From the NCBI GenBank assembly GCA_002269645.1, contig NIVC01000551.1, positions 1 through 64,000 of the forward strand: a DNA stretch of 64,000 nt, given 5' to 3'. The notes under the pieces are model-generated. The model was not told the DNA's origin, searched no databases, and saw only the letters and a program-made list of their open reading frames with translations. Numbering within the stretch: position 1 is the first letter of the stretch; the number at the start of each line of letters is the position of its first letter. Below, piece by piece: positions 1-11,850 of this stretch. The stretch comes from Macrostomum lignano. Its lineage: Eukaryota. Made by a program: the position numbers and the translations under genes.

Positions 1-789
1 TATAAATAATACTATTCTAATCTTTTATCGGTGGTCATTGGCCAACCCCCACTGAAGCCACAAAGCATAACAAAAGAAAAGCAAATGTAGCACTGGCATA
101 ATATATAAGCATCCAGACGGATTATACCATCTAGCGAATGACGTCATTTGAATAATAACGTATTTTATCTATAAATATGAAACAAAACGTTAATCAGCTA
201 TCATTTACAATTACGTAGATTTGGTTTATTACATTTTTCATAATCAAACGATACTGTCAATATGGACTAGAGGGATATTATAAAGCAGATAGGACAAGTG
301 TACGCATTCTATAGGAAAGACGGACTCGTTTCAAGCAAAATAACAAGCAACACATAGTTAAAAAATAAAAAATAACAATTGCACTCTGATAATGCTACTT
401 TAATCAGCGAATGCAGGAGATGCTCGTCTATAGGAGTGTAATTAGTAGTATAAGCGTATAGAACTACTGAAATCGATAAAAACAAGCTGTATGCCAGTAT
501 TAAACAAAGCGCATATATAATTATATGGAGAAGTAGGTATCAATTGTTATGCATTAGTTTTACTATATATTACACTTGCCAAATACTCTATTTGTAAATA
601 ATAGATGTATTAACAACAGCTGTTTATTTTTTTCTCTAGACGGCAGAGGTAACAGCGTCCGCAGGCGGCGGCGAAGTCTAAGAAATCGTCCACAGACAGC
701 TGGTCGCGGCTGTTCGCGTCGCTGGGGGGGGAGGGGGAGTAGCGGTCGTGAGTCTTTGGTCTGTTTTGGACTCTTCATCATACTCACTT

Positions 790-1290
790 CTTCGGCTCTC
801 TGCTCCCTACTTCCGCTTTTCCGCCCCCCCCTTCTGCCCTTTTACTCCCTCCTTCCCTTTCCGCCCTCCCTCTGTCTTCCGCCCTCCCTCTGTCTTCCGC
901 TCCCTCCTTCCTTCTCCTTTCCGCCCTCCCTCTGTCTTTCCGCTCTCTACTTCCTTCCCTTTCCGCCCTCCCTCTGTCTTTCCGCTCCCTCCTCCGCCTT
1001 TCCGCTCCCTCCTTCCTTCTCCTTTCCGCCCTCCCTCTGTCTTTCCGCTCCCTCCTTCTGCCTTTCCGCTCCCTACTTCCTCCCCTTTCCGCCCTCCCTC
1101 TGTCTTTCCGCTCTCTCCTTCCGCCTTCTCCCTTCCGCCTTTCCGCTCCCTCCTTCCGCCTTTCCACTCCCTCTGTTCCGCCCCCGATCCCTTCCGCCTT
1201 CATCCCTCTTTCCGCTATTCCGCTCCTCCCTTCCATCTCTCCACTTCTTCCTTCCGCCCTATCCTCTCGTCTCCTTTCCCCTTTCCCTCA
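790..1290. repeat. CT-rich degenerate tandem repeat filling an intron
   Basis: Repeated TTCCGCCCTCCCTCTGTCT-like units; the overlapping ORFs are low-complexity artefacts. Confidence 0.9.
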
Positions 1291-1884
1291 TCGATCCGTA
1301 GCCCTTGCTCACCTGTGCCTAGGATTGCCGCAGAACAGCCGGCAGAGCAGAAAGGCAGCCAAAGCAACTAACAAATACACCGCAAATCCGATAGCCAAAG
1401 GGTTTAGAAACTGAGACACCTGATAATTAGCGTGCAGATGAGAGCAGACCGGGCAGACAGATTTAGCGCTCGGCGCCACCTGGACATTGGAGCCTTCACC
1501 GCAGACAGAGTAGCTACCATTGACGAGTCTCCAGCTAGTTGTTGTTGAGCTATTAAATAATCGCCGGCAAAGCACAAGCAGCTGCGCCTACGCCTTGGCT
1601 TGGGAAAATCTGCCGGCAATGGACAGGTGCAAGCGGTAGCCACGACTCCCAGCTGCACCAGTGGCAGACGGTGGGCTCCAATGATGACCCGCCGCTGCTG
1701 CTACTACTAGAACTCGGCTCCGACTGTAATGATTTATATCTCCAATCTAGCCGCTTACCTTCACAGGTGTAAGTTGGATCTGGACTGGCTGGGCAATAGC
1801 AGCCTCGACTTCGGCTGGAGTATTTGAATGCTGCGGGCGGCGGTTTGCATCTGACCGGGTTGATTGAGCTCCTGTTAGTCCACC

Positions 1885-2265
1885 ACCTTCAAGCATCCGC
1901 CCCTCTGATTCTGGGCATCCGCCCCTCTGATTCCGGGCATCTGCCCCTCTGATTCTGGGCATCCGCCCCTCTGATTCCGGGCATCCGCCCTCTGATTCCG
2001 GGCATCCGCCCCTCTGATTCCGGGCATCAACCCCTCTGATTCCAGGCATCTGCCCCTCTGATTCCGGGCATCCGCCGTCTGATACTGGACATCCGCCCCT
2101 CTGATCCTGGGCATCCGCACCTCTAATTACGGACATCCGCCTTTCTGATTCCGAACATCCGATCATTCCATGCATCCGCCCCTATGATTACGGCATCCGC
2201 CCATCATCCTGGACCTCCGCCCATCTGATCCTGGACCTCCGCCTCTCTGATCCTAGACATCCGCC
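1885..2265. repeat. 22-bp intronic minisatellite
   Basis: Unit GGGCATCCGCCCCTCTGATTCC, lying between the minus-strand donor (2290-2291) and acceptor (1872-1873). Confidence 0.9.
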
Positions 2266-2926
2266 CCTCACAAACCCAAAACCATACTCACCATCGGTCT
2301 CATTTCCCAACTGTCGAACCAATTCAATCAGGCCATCTGGCAAGCCGCTTTCTAATCCAGATTTCCGACGACACTCGGCAGTCCACGACGACCATTGAGT
2401 CCATGGACACCATCTAGGCGGCGGGAACTTGGAGCCGTCAAATCTCGGCCTGGCTAAGCAAGTTGTAGCAGCCGCCTGCGGCGCTGTGCCAGCCGAGGAC
2501 AAGCTGAACGAGACATCTCGCTCATGATCGGAGTTGGACCCAGACGAGTCACTGTCAGGCAGACCAATCTTATTGCGCTGCAAACAGTCAATACCCTTGG
2601 CTAGTTGATCTGCCCGACTGTACAATGTCTTGTGCACATAGCTGTCTACTTGACAACCGGCTGTACCGTTGCAGCACAATCGGCTTTTAGAAGCAACGCA
2701 GCCAACACCATCGGGTCTGTCTAGGCAGCGCCATTCGCTCCAGTCGCATTTGCTGTTATATGGCCCGCTAGCTAGAGCTGCCGGTATTGATAAAATCTGG
2801 CAGAGGCTCAGTAGATTCATAGACGACTCCAGATTAGGATTTGTTAACATAAAATTTTTAATCTGAAGGCTGCATTATGGCTGTTCAGTCCAAGGACTGG
2901 GGGGGGGGTCGCCACGGGAGGGGGCG

Positions 2927-3106
2927 GTTCACAAACTCGAGATTTCACAACGTCGAAAACTACTGCATAGTTCTTGTTACATAAGTTTTCGACGTTGTGA
3001 AGTTTCGAGCTTTCAAAGTTTCGACCTTGTGAAAGTGGCTGCTATTTAAGTTTTCGATGTTATGAAATTTCGAGCTTATAAAGTTTCGACCTTGTGAAAG
3101 CACCCC
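2927..3106. mobile_element. Small MITE-like element with internal inverted and direct repeats
   Basis: Ends GGGGCGGTTCACAA and TTGTGAAAGCACCCC are an imperfect inverted pair. A perfect 18-bp internal inverted repeat is present (TTCACAACGTCGAAAACT / AGTTTTCGACGTTGTGAA). No clear TSD. Confidence 0.5.
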
Positions 3107-3235
3107 GTCGCCAAACACAAACTCAGTTACCCCAGCTAATGCTGGCACCAATTTTACAGCTGGGTGAACTGAAGCAATGCAGAGTTAAGTGCCTTGCTTA
3201 AGTACACAAATTGTTCCAGTGGGATTGGGAACAAT
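3107..3235 (+). mobile_element. CORE-SINE (MIR-like core) fragment
   Basis: CCAATTTTACAGCTGGGTGAACTGAAGCAATGCAGAGTTAAGTGCCTTGCTTAAG resembles the recalled MIR core CCCATTTTACAGATGAGGAAACTGAGGC..GTTAAGTGACTTGCCCAAG. Confidence 0.55.
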
Positions 3236-4382
3236 AACTACTAACCACTAGGCTATAATATCATTAAAACTGACTTAATAGGCATTGTTGCAAATGTTTT
3301 GGCTATTCTAGCTATATTGGTTTTTTTATTAGTTCATTATATAAAAGAAAAATATAAAAATGACACTTTTGATATAGAAAAAAGATAAAAAAGTCATATC
3401 AATAATATTAATTAGTAAATAAACAAGTTTTAGACAAAGTAAATGATAGACATAATGCCTAATGTTATAGGCAAATTTATTATAAAATTTTGAAAAGTAA
3501 AGATACTTAGAAATTAGATGTAATAAGTTTTATAAAATTTTATCATTTGACTAGAGGTCAGAGTCAGACTACATTAAATTTCAAAGATTTTTAAGACTAA
3601 AGATTTATACTTTTGAGATCCTTAAGATTAGATCAAGATTGGAGATTAAGCCTAATTTACATATAGTAGGCCTATTCTATCTATCAATATTAATATTGTT
3701 ACTTGTTAAATGTATACAATAATAATAATAAGAAAAACAATGATTATTTAATATTAGGGATTGACTGACTGTAATTTTTGTTCATGTGTAACTGAAAAAC
3801 TAGATAGTATGAAACAAAAAGTAACCATAAAATTTTAAACATACATTTAAATTTTAACACAGAATTATTAATATTATTACTATCAGGTCTAGTAACTTTT
3901 ACTTATTTTTAAGCCTTGATTCATCATGTTTATTGTTTGACTGTATTTTATTATGTGGCTTTGTTTTATCTATGTTGATTTATTGCAATTTTGGTTTGCT
4001 TTTCACAATTGCTTCCTACTATAGCCAGTCCATGTAAAAAAGGAAATGGTACTTTAGTGCTTTATTGTATGTTATACTTTGACTTAAGAATTAAGGTTTA
4101 ATTCACAAAATTCATGAACCATAATTGGCAAAAGACTGCATGATTTTTCTTTATGATTACAGTTTTTGTAATTGTGACCATGATCATGGTCAATCCTTAT
4201 TTAATATTGAACTTGTTAATAACTTGATATATATCAAATGTAAATATAGTAAAAACAGCAAGCTTCTAGTTCTTTTTGCAATTTTACTTTCAAGTTTGAA
4301 TCAATGCCACAACATAGTACCTCTCTGAATACTAGATAGAACAGTAGATAAAAACTAGAGGCTAGAGCATTTTTAATAATTA

Positions 4383-4672
4383 AAAGAAAGGAGATTGCGA
4401 GCATTTTCATTAGAACGATATGTTTCACCTAACTTTAGGCATCATTGGGCAGATTGGAATTTATTTAATTTAAGTCAAAACGTAGAGTATAAATACATTT
4501 CAGTGGCAGATAGTCAGTGATGCACAAAATTGTAATAACAAAACACGGGGGGAGTCAACAGATCAAAACCGAGATAGACAGAGAGAGAGAGAAAAAAGAG
4601 AGAGAGAGCCAGGCAGTGGGTGTACGTTAGAACACTCTCAGGAGAGCACCGGCCCCGGAATAACCGGAATAC

Positions 4673-4704
<32 letters not shown>

Positions 4705-4905
4705 TTCTCTGTCTATCTCGGTTTTGATCTGTTGACTCCCCCGTGTTTTGCTATTACAATTTTGTGCATCACTGACTATCTGCCACTAAAATGTATTTAT
4801 ACTCTACGTTTTGACTTAAATTAACAAATTTCAATTTGCCCGATGATGCCTAAAGTTAGGCGAAACATGTTGTTCTAATGAAAATGCTCGCAATCTCCTT
4901 TCTTT
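4383..4905. mobile_element. Foldback MITE with ~225-bp inverted arms
   Basis: ~4381-4608 is the near-perfect reverse complement of ~4672-4907, around a ~63-bp spacer; flanked by TA on both sides (possible TSD). Confidence 0.8.
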
Positions 4906-6282
4906 TACTTCTCATTATCAAGCGTGCTGTTCTACCAGAATTTTTAATAAATAATCATATAATTACAAATCTTAAAATTTTTAAGATCTTGAATTACCAA
5001 GATTGAAATTAAAAAAATGCCAAGATTTTATGATTGAAATTAAGATCAAGATTGAGATCTTGTCTGACCTATAAATTTGACCAATTTTCAAAAGTATAGT
5101 ACCTTTTTACTTAGAATATTTAGGAAAATAAATTTTTCAAATTAAATAATAAAAATGTTCAAAATCTTATAGAGCCTAGGAATCTCTATTCTCTAATTAA
5201 GTCAATATTTTTAAAATGCTAAGGCTTTACTCTTTTTAGATAGAATATCCTATGAGTCTATCTTAAGAAAAAACTTGATTATTTTTTATTACTTGATCAA
5301 TTTTTAAAAGTTTGGTGCCATTTTACTTATAACATCTAGGGCTATGACATGGCATTGCATAGTTGAAAAGATTTCATCTTTTCTCATTGGATATAAATGT
5401 ATACAACTTTGGTTTCTTGCAATAAAAATGGTGTCAAATTCTATATCAATCTGAGTTGTGCTATGCAATGAGAGGATAGCACCCAGCATGGGTTCCATTA
5501 GCCAGTTGATAAGATATAATGCACGTATCAACTATAGAATTTGATATGGTTTTTACTGCAAAGAACCAAATTTGCTGATGTTTGGATATACTACTTTAGG
5601 CTTTAAATAAAGTATAATATTTACTTAGTTACCTAGGTTTTCTGGGCCATATAAGGTTTTTGGCCCTTTGAAAAATCTCATTGGGAACTGGATTTTTTGT
5701 ATCAAAGGCCAATCTGGTAACTTTATTCTCTTTGTACTAGTTGCCAATTTCAAAAAATGATTTTGTAAATATAAAAAATGGCCATATGAACTGATTTTTT
5801 TAGCATGGATAGCAATCTTAGAATTAAGAGAACAAATTTCTGCTTTTCAAATGCAGCCTTGGTCAAAGGCTACAATTGGTCAAATCCTGAAGAATTTGGC
5901 TAGTTGCCAATGAGCAACCAAAAATAATCATTGGCAACTGGATTTTGAGCCCAAAGGCTAGCTAGCAACTAGATCAGGGTTGGCAAACTTTTTATCAGTG
6001 CGGGCCAGATTGAGTTCTGGGACAGTACCACGGGCCAGAGAAAGAACCAATTTCTTGTTTTCTTTATCCACATTCAAAGTTCAGTGAAAATTGATTGAAA
6101 ATGATGTTTTATCAAGTATCCGTATCGTTTATTTATTAAATGATAGCAAGAACAAGCACACAAAAATGAAAATTATGCACTAGTCTAATAACATACATTG
6201 AATGCAGTACAACTTACTTAATGCATCATCCAAAAAGTTCATTTTCCACATAATTTGACTGAAAATTAGGACTACATGTAAG

Positions 6283-8929
6283 TCAATGAGATGGATGGTG
6301 CTGGTGCTTGCGGATGAGGGACTTCAAGTTGGGAGCCAGAGAAGTGGAAGCCAGCAACAGCACGGTGTTAAGATTGTCATCAGTCAGCTGAGTGCGCAAG
6401 CGGCTCTTGGCATACTTCATTTTGCTAAACAGCTGCTTGCAAATATATGTGCTACCAAAGATAGCAACTACACTGCAAACATGAGCAGAGAGGACTGGAA
6501 AAAGCTCTCTGTCCAAATGCTTGGCGAAGAACTCCAGTGGGGTTGTAGCCACAAACCTTCCTCACAATCCATCGTTGCACTGCAGCTCGACAACTTCCAT
6601 CTTGAGAGTCTCTGGGAGGTCATTGATTGATACCGTAAATGGGGTGGATAGGAGTTGAAAATCGCTGTCAAAGTCTCTCACGCATTGGAACCTTGTCTTG
6701 AATTGCTCTCTTAGGCAGGCAATAACTAACTTGGCCTCGTCCCATGGCACAGTTTCCTCCTGAAGAGATGCCAGGTGGGTGAAGGTTGAGCAGCAGTTTT
6801 TCGAGATTTGGTCCTCCCAAAGACGGAGTTTCACTTCAAAAGCTTTCATAGCAGCACACATGCTAGTGATGAGGGAATCCTTCCCTGCAGTTTTGTGTTG
6901 AGGCCATTGAGCTGTTCCATGACATCAGCTAGGAGTGCTAGTTTAGCCAGCCACCTGGGGTTATTGAACTCCGCAGCGAATTTTTCTTAGCTAAAAAGGC
7001 AGCAACCTCTGACCGCAGGTCCCAGACACGAGCCAGCATGTTGCCATGAGACAGCCAACGTACTTCACAATAGTAAAGAAGATAGCCATATGCCACCTCG
7101 GCTTCATCCAGGAGAGATTGGAATTGGCGATGGTTGAGGCTGCGAGAAAGAATGCTATTGGTAGCTTTCACAACAGCAGACATGACATCGGGCAAGGATG
7201 CTGCCTTAGCATATAATGCCTCTTGGTGGATGATACAGTGGAGCTTCTTCACTGTGTGCGAGCTCATCTCCTCTGCACAGCGCTTGGCAATTAGTGAAGC
7301 AGCACCCTTGGTTTCCCCCACCATTGCAGGAGCTCTATCTATTGTCACTGCAACAAGCTTCTTCAGGTCTAGATTGCTAGCTGTGAGACTGGCCAAGATG
7401 GCATCGGCAATGTCTTTTCCTGTCGATGTGCCTTTTATTTGGACAAGCTGTAAAAATTCTTCTGTTATAGTAAAGTCAGTTGACATGCCGCGTATACAGA
7501 TTGCCAGCTGGTTGGTATCCTTGGCATCAGTTGACTCGTCAATGGCCACTGAGAAAACTTCAAAGCGCTGCGAGAGGTCCTGGAATGATGCACGAATATC
7601 AGCAGACATCTCTTCCATCCTCCTAGAGATAGTTCTTGCAGAAAGGCTCATGGCAGAGAAGGCAGATCGCTGCTCAGGGCACATGACATCCACTGCTGCC
7701 AGCAGGCATTCCTAGAGATGTTCCGAAATTTTGATTTCGATTTTGATTTTCCAAAATTCGGATTTTTTTAGAGCAAATTTCGATTTCGAAAAAAATTCGG
7801 AAGTCAAAATTTCGGAAGTGCCTACTTCTTAAGTTTTTATCTGATTTTAGTTTTTTTGTACATGTGGAACTGTAAATTTTTGTAAATTTTGTTGCACTTT
7901 AAAGCTGCAAAAGCGTCTGCTGATATATTGCATATTTTTCGCATTTTACAGTATATATATATACATTTACCGTGCATGTACATGCATTATTGTTTACACA
8001 ATCTCAGTTATTGCTAGTCATGCAGTGATACATATACATTTTAACTATACATTTTATACATGTACAACTCAGTATACACCCTATACCCTACCACCTAGAT
8101 AGATAAAGGCAGAGAAATTTGTTTTGTCTAGCAAGGAAAAGGCGCGCTTTGCTGCCGTGCTTTAATATCGTCTAGTAATGCAATATATGCGCCTTAGTGT
8201 TTCTTTTAAAGGCACTAGTTCAAATAAATTACTTAACACATTTACAGTATAGCTATGTAGTTTTGCGTCGCAAAAAAAATTTTGCATTTAAAAGTGGCAA
8301 TGAGGGATTCTACTTATTTAGTGGCCAAAAAAATGAACTTCTGCTAAACATACATGTATTTTGTTTTGCATGAGCAGTAAATCGAAAGTAGAAAAGCAAG
8401 TGTCGGTTGTACTAAACTTTGTTTTTCTGAATTACGATTTCGGAAAATTTTGATTTTGATTTTGATTTGGAAAGTAGCAAATTTTGATTTCGATTTCGAT
8501 TTTGACAGAAAATTTACTTTCGAAACATCTCTAGGCATTCCTTGATGAATTCCCCATCAGTGAAAGGCTTCATCTTCTTTGCCATTACCTGCGAAACTTC
8601 AAAGCTGGCTCGAACAGCTTTTCAGTGATTGTTGTACCAAACCTTTGGGGAGCAAAGCTGCTTGCCTGCTGGTTCAGTTGCGCAGTCAGTCTGGTGATAG
8701 CACTCTGGCGAGTTTCAGTGTCCATTGTCACATACTTAGAGGCCTTGTACACAGACTCCCAATGACGGCGGATGTTAGCCTTCTTGAAAACTGCGACAGT
8801 TGCCATGCAGATAAGACACTGTGCCTTTCCATATCTCTCAATAAAAAAATAGTTCTCAGTCCAAGCAGAATTGAATGAACGGTGCTCCATGTCAACCTTG
8901 CGCTTTTTCTGTTGTGGTGCTGAAGCCAT
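6283..8929 (-). pseudogene. hAT transposase (GTF2IRD2/EPM2AIP1-like), inactivated
   Basis: N-terminal zinc-finger-like CLICMATV..RRHWE; catalytic-region motifs AIDESTD, VTIDRAPAMVG, HCIIHQEAL, RWLS; C-terminal FGSTYICKQLFS, where the usual catalytic E reads K. Frameshifts near 8640, 6970 and 6560, and split by a MITE at 7713-8533. Confidence 0.95.
7713..8533. mobile_element. Non-autonomous hAT-type MITE inserted in the transposase
   Basis: TIRs TAGAGATGTTCCGAAA / TTTCGAAACATCTCTA (15/16); 8-bp TSD GGCATTCC at 7705-7712 and 8534-8541; subterminal TTTTGATTTCGA repeats. Removing it restores EFIKECLLAAVDVMCPE. Confidence 0.95.
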
Positions 8930-9539
8930 TTTCTATTAGGCTTAGAGTCAATCATTAAAGCAAGCACTTAAAATAAACTTTAGAACACTATAAAATTGTT
9001 ATGTTAACAATGCAGTAATAGATACGAGATGTCTGATTATTTAAAAAGTTTTGTATTTACTACAGTTGGGTGAGTGAACTCTTAGCCTACCGGCTTTTTT
9101 ACCATTTCTCTCCTTTTTGATTGCAAACTGGGGGGGACGCTAGTTTGAGGCTAAATGTACATTCAGCCTCAACATGACTGTGCACACAAACCCTTCCTCT
9201 CCCCAATCCTTTTGTGGAAGAGTACAGTAGGGCCTTCTTTCTCCTATAGCCCTTTTACCTCCCTCCATTCCTCTGCCCTTGGTTGGGCCTTGCTTGGGTG
9301 GTGAGTATGGAGTGGAGTTTGTGAAATCTGTTTGCGGGCCCATACATGCGCAACTGCTGGCCGACCTGGCCAATCCGGCCACCATAAATCGTGGCTGACC
9401 AGGGGTAAGTCGCAAAATTGAGTCAACCAAAAACAGAAAAACACAAGAACCAAGAAAGGCAAGAGGAAAGCGAAAGAAAGAGCAGTTCAGGGAAAATGGT
9501 GAAGCAAAAGAAAAACAATTCGCAAAAGAAGCAAACTAA

Positions 9540-10080
9540 GTTGTAAAAATAATCAGGTAAGTCGCAAAAAGGATCAGGTAAGTCGCAAAAGAAGCAAACT
9601 AAGTCGCAAAAAGGATTAGGTAAGTCCCAAAAAGGATTAGGTAAGTCGCAAAAAGGATTAGGTAAGTCGCAAAAAGGATTAGGTAAGTCACAAAAGGATC
9701 AGCTAAGTCGCAAAAGGATTAGGTAAGTCGCAAAAAGGATTAAGTAAGTCGCAAAAAGGATCAGGTAAGTCGCAAAAAGAATCAGGTAAGTCGCAAAAAG
9801 AATCAGGTAAGTCGCAAAAGGATCAGCTAAGTCGCAAAAGGATTAGGTAAGTCGCAAAAGGGTAAGTAAGTTGCAAAAGGGTTAGGTAAGTCGCAAAAGG
9901 ATTAAGTAAGTCGAAAAAAGGATTAGGTAAGTTGCAAAAGGGTTAGGTAAGTCGCAAAAGGATTAGGTAAGTCGCAAAAAGGATTAGGTAAGTCGCAAAA
10001 AGGATTAGGTAAGTCGCAAAAAGGATTAGGTAAGTCGCAAAAAGTAGCAACTAAGTCGCAATAAGAGGGAAGTAAGTCAC
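9540..10080 (+). repeat. 21-22-bp minisatellite containing AGGTAAGT
   Basis: Unit AGGTAAGTCGCAAAAAGGATT, more than 20 copies, inside the hAT element. Confidence 0.9.
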
Positions 10081-10289
10081 AATCAGAGGCAATCAGGGGG
10101 TAGTAGGTGCAAGTGTGGCAGGAGAGCAAAAACAGAATAGAAGCCTTCAACAACAGACAAGATCTTTGAAATCAGAAGCCCGCGTCAACAGTTTCCCATT
10201 GATTTCTTAAACTCTGGAGCAGGTTGGCAAGCTCGCGAAGCCCCTCTATCTGGCCCTTGCCCCTCGGGTTCTTTGAAACTTCCTAACTA

Positions 10290-11152
10290 TGAGGGGCGTC
10301 CGGAAAGTAGTGTTACTTTTGCTTGGTGTGGACGTATGGACAGTCACACTTGCATGTACTTGGTGTCATTTGAAAGCGGCAAGTCTCTTCTTTAAAATGA
10401 CACCAATTGCAAGAGATTTGAATCTGTGCTTCAAGAGATATGGACAATTAAGTAGAGAAAGGTCAGCCATAGTCCTCATAGACTTACAGAACCTCAAAAA
10501 TGTCAACAGAAAACTTTTACGATTTTATCGATTTTTTCGTAATCATGGGCTGTCTATGGCCAAATATGATGCAGTGAACGAGAGGGGCTGTCTCATAAAA
10601 CTACGAGACTTGTAAAACTGCTTCTGCTGCGCCTGCAAAGTTTATTGACATTCAATTTTCAATTGTGAACTGCAAATGGATGTGCATTCAAAGACTGGGC
10701 AGCGACATGCCATCTTTACACTTTGGAGCTCTGGAACCAAATCGGCTGACATCCACAGGCAACTTTGCACAGCTCATGGCGACTATGCTGTCAGCAAGAT
10801 GACAAGTCTGCCAACCGATGAATGATTTTAATGTTGTTCGCTTGTGTGATAATTTGCTTGTTATCTGTTTCACCTGCTTCTGTACTGTACTGTTGTGTTT
10901 TTTTGTTTTTTCTGGAGTAATTACGCTGTGATAAAAGTTTTCTGTTGACATTTTTGAGGTTCTGTAAGTCTATGACTGACCTTTCTCTACTTAATCGTCC
11001 ATATCTCTTGAAGCACAGATTCAAATCTCTTGCAATTGGTGTCATTTTAAAGAAGAGACTTGCCGCTTTCAAATGACACCAAGCACATGCAAGTGTGACT
11101 GTCCATACGTCCACACCAAGCAAAAGTAACACTACTTTCCGGATGCCCCTTG
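10290..11152. mobile_element. Tc1/mariner-type MITE with ~230-bp TIRs
   Basis: Ends TGAGGGGCGTCCGGAAAGTAGTG / CACTACTTTCCGGATGCCCCTTG, flanked by TA (10288-10289 and 11153-11154). The long arms give the mirror ORFs 10289+ and 10791-. Confidence 0.9.
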
Positions 11153-11169
11153 TAGCAAGATTGGTGTCT

Positions 11170-11850
11170 CTTCAACTCTCATCTCTCTCTTCTCTCTACC
11201 TTGCCTCCCTCTTCTCTCCCCCCCTTTTCCCTCTTCTCTCTCCTCTCATTTTTACTCTCCTCTCTTCTCCCCCTTTCTCTCTACCCTTTCTCCTCAATGC
11301 CCTCTTCTCTCCTCTTATCTTCAGCAAAAATATGTGCATATTTTCTTACTTCAAAGTAGAGGGAATAGAAGATTAGAGATAAGCAAACAGAGGAGAGGCG
11401 AGCGATGCAATGGGAGAAAAGATAGAAGAGGAGAGAAAAGCTGAGGGAGGAAAAAGAGATAAGAGAGAAGAGGAGATGAGAGGAAAGAGGAAAGAAAAGA
11501 TAATGGATGAGATCAGAAGAGAGGAAAGAGGAAAGAGGAGAGAGTAGATGAGAGAAGAGAGGATAAAGAGGAGATGAGAGGAGAGTGAAGAGAGGAGAGA
11601 TGAGAGAGTAGAAAAGAGAGGAGAGATAAGATGAGAGAGTAGAGTGGAGAGAGACGAGAGGGAAGATAAGATGAGAGAGTAGAGTGGAATGGAGAGAGAC
11701 GAGAGGAGAGATAAGAATGTAGAGAGGAGACAGAAGAGGTAGGAGAGGAGAGGAAAGAGAGGAGAGAGGAGAGGAAAGAGAGAAGGGATAAGGGATGAGA
11801 GAGAAAAGAAAAAGAGGATGAGAAGATTGAGGAATGGAGAGAATTTGCAA
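11170..11850. repeat. CT-rich then GA-rich low-complexity tract
   Basis: Pyrimidine tract 11170-11320 followed by purine tract 11360-11850. Confidence 0.85.

Larger units (their letters stand above)
600..2850 (-). pseudogene. Type I membrane protein with TSP1-like WxxW/Cys repeats; disrupted by frameshifts (pseudogene or assembly error)
   Basis: Exons by eye: 2292-2850 (hydrophobic N-term LLSLCQILSIPAALA; CDWSEWRC, WCPWTQWSSW; donor G|GTGAGT), 1759-1871, 1313-1723 (WCSWESW..CTC..RRRRSC, then TM LAIGFAVYLLVALAAFLL; donor AG|GTGAG), terminal exon ~600-790. Splice phases agree. Two single-base shifts are needed in the 1313-1723 exon and probably one at the G run near 725. Confidence 0.55.

Noticed and set aside
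10289-11132. Mirror-image 108-aa and 113-aa ORFs as real genes
   Set aside because: They are the two arms of a mariner MITE read on opposite strands.
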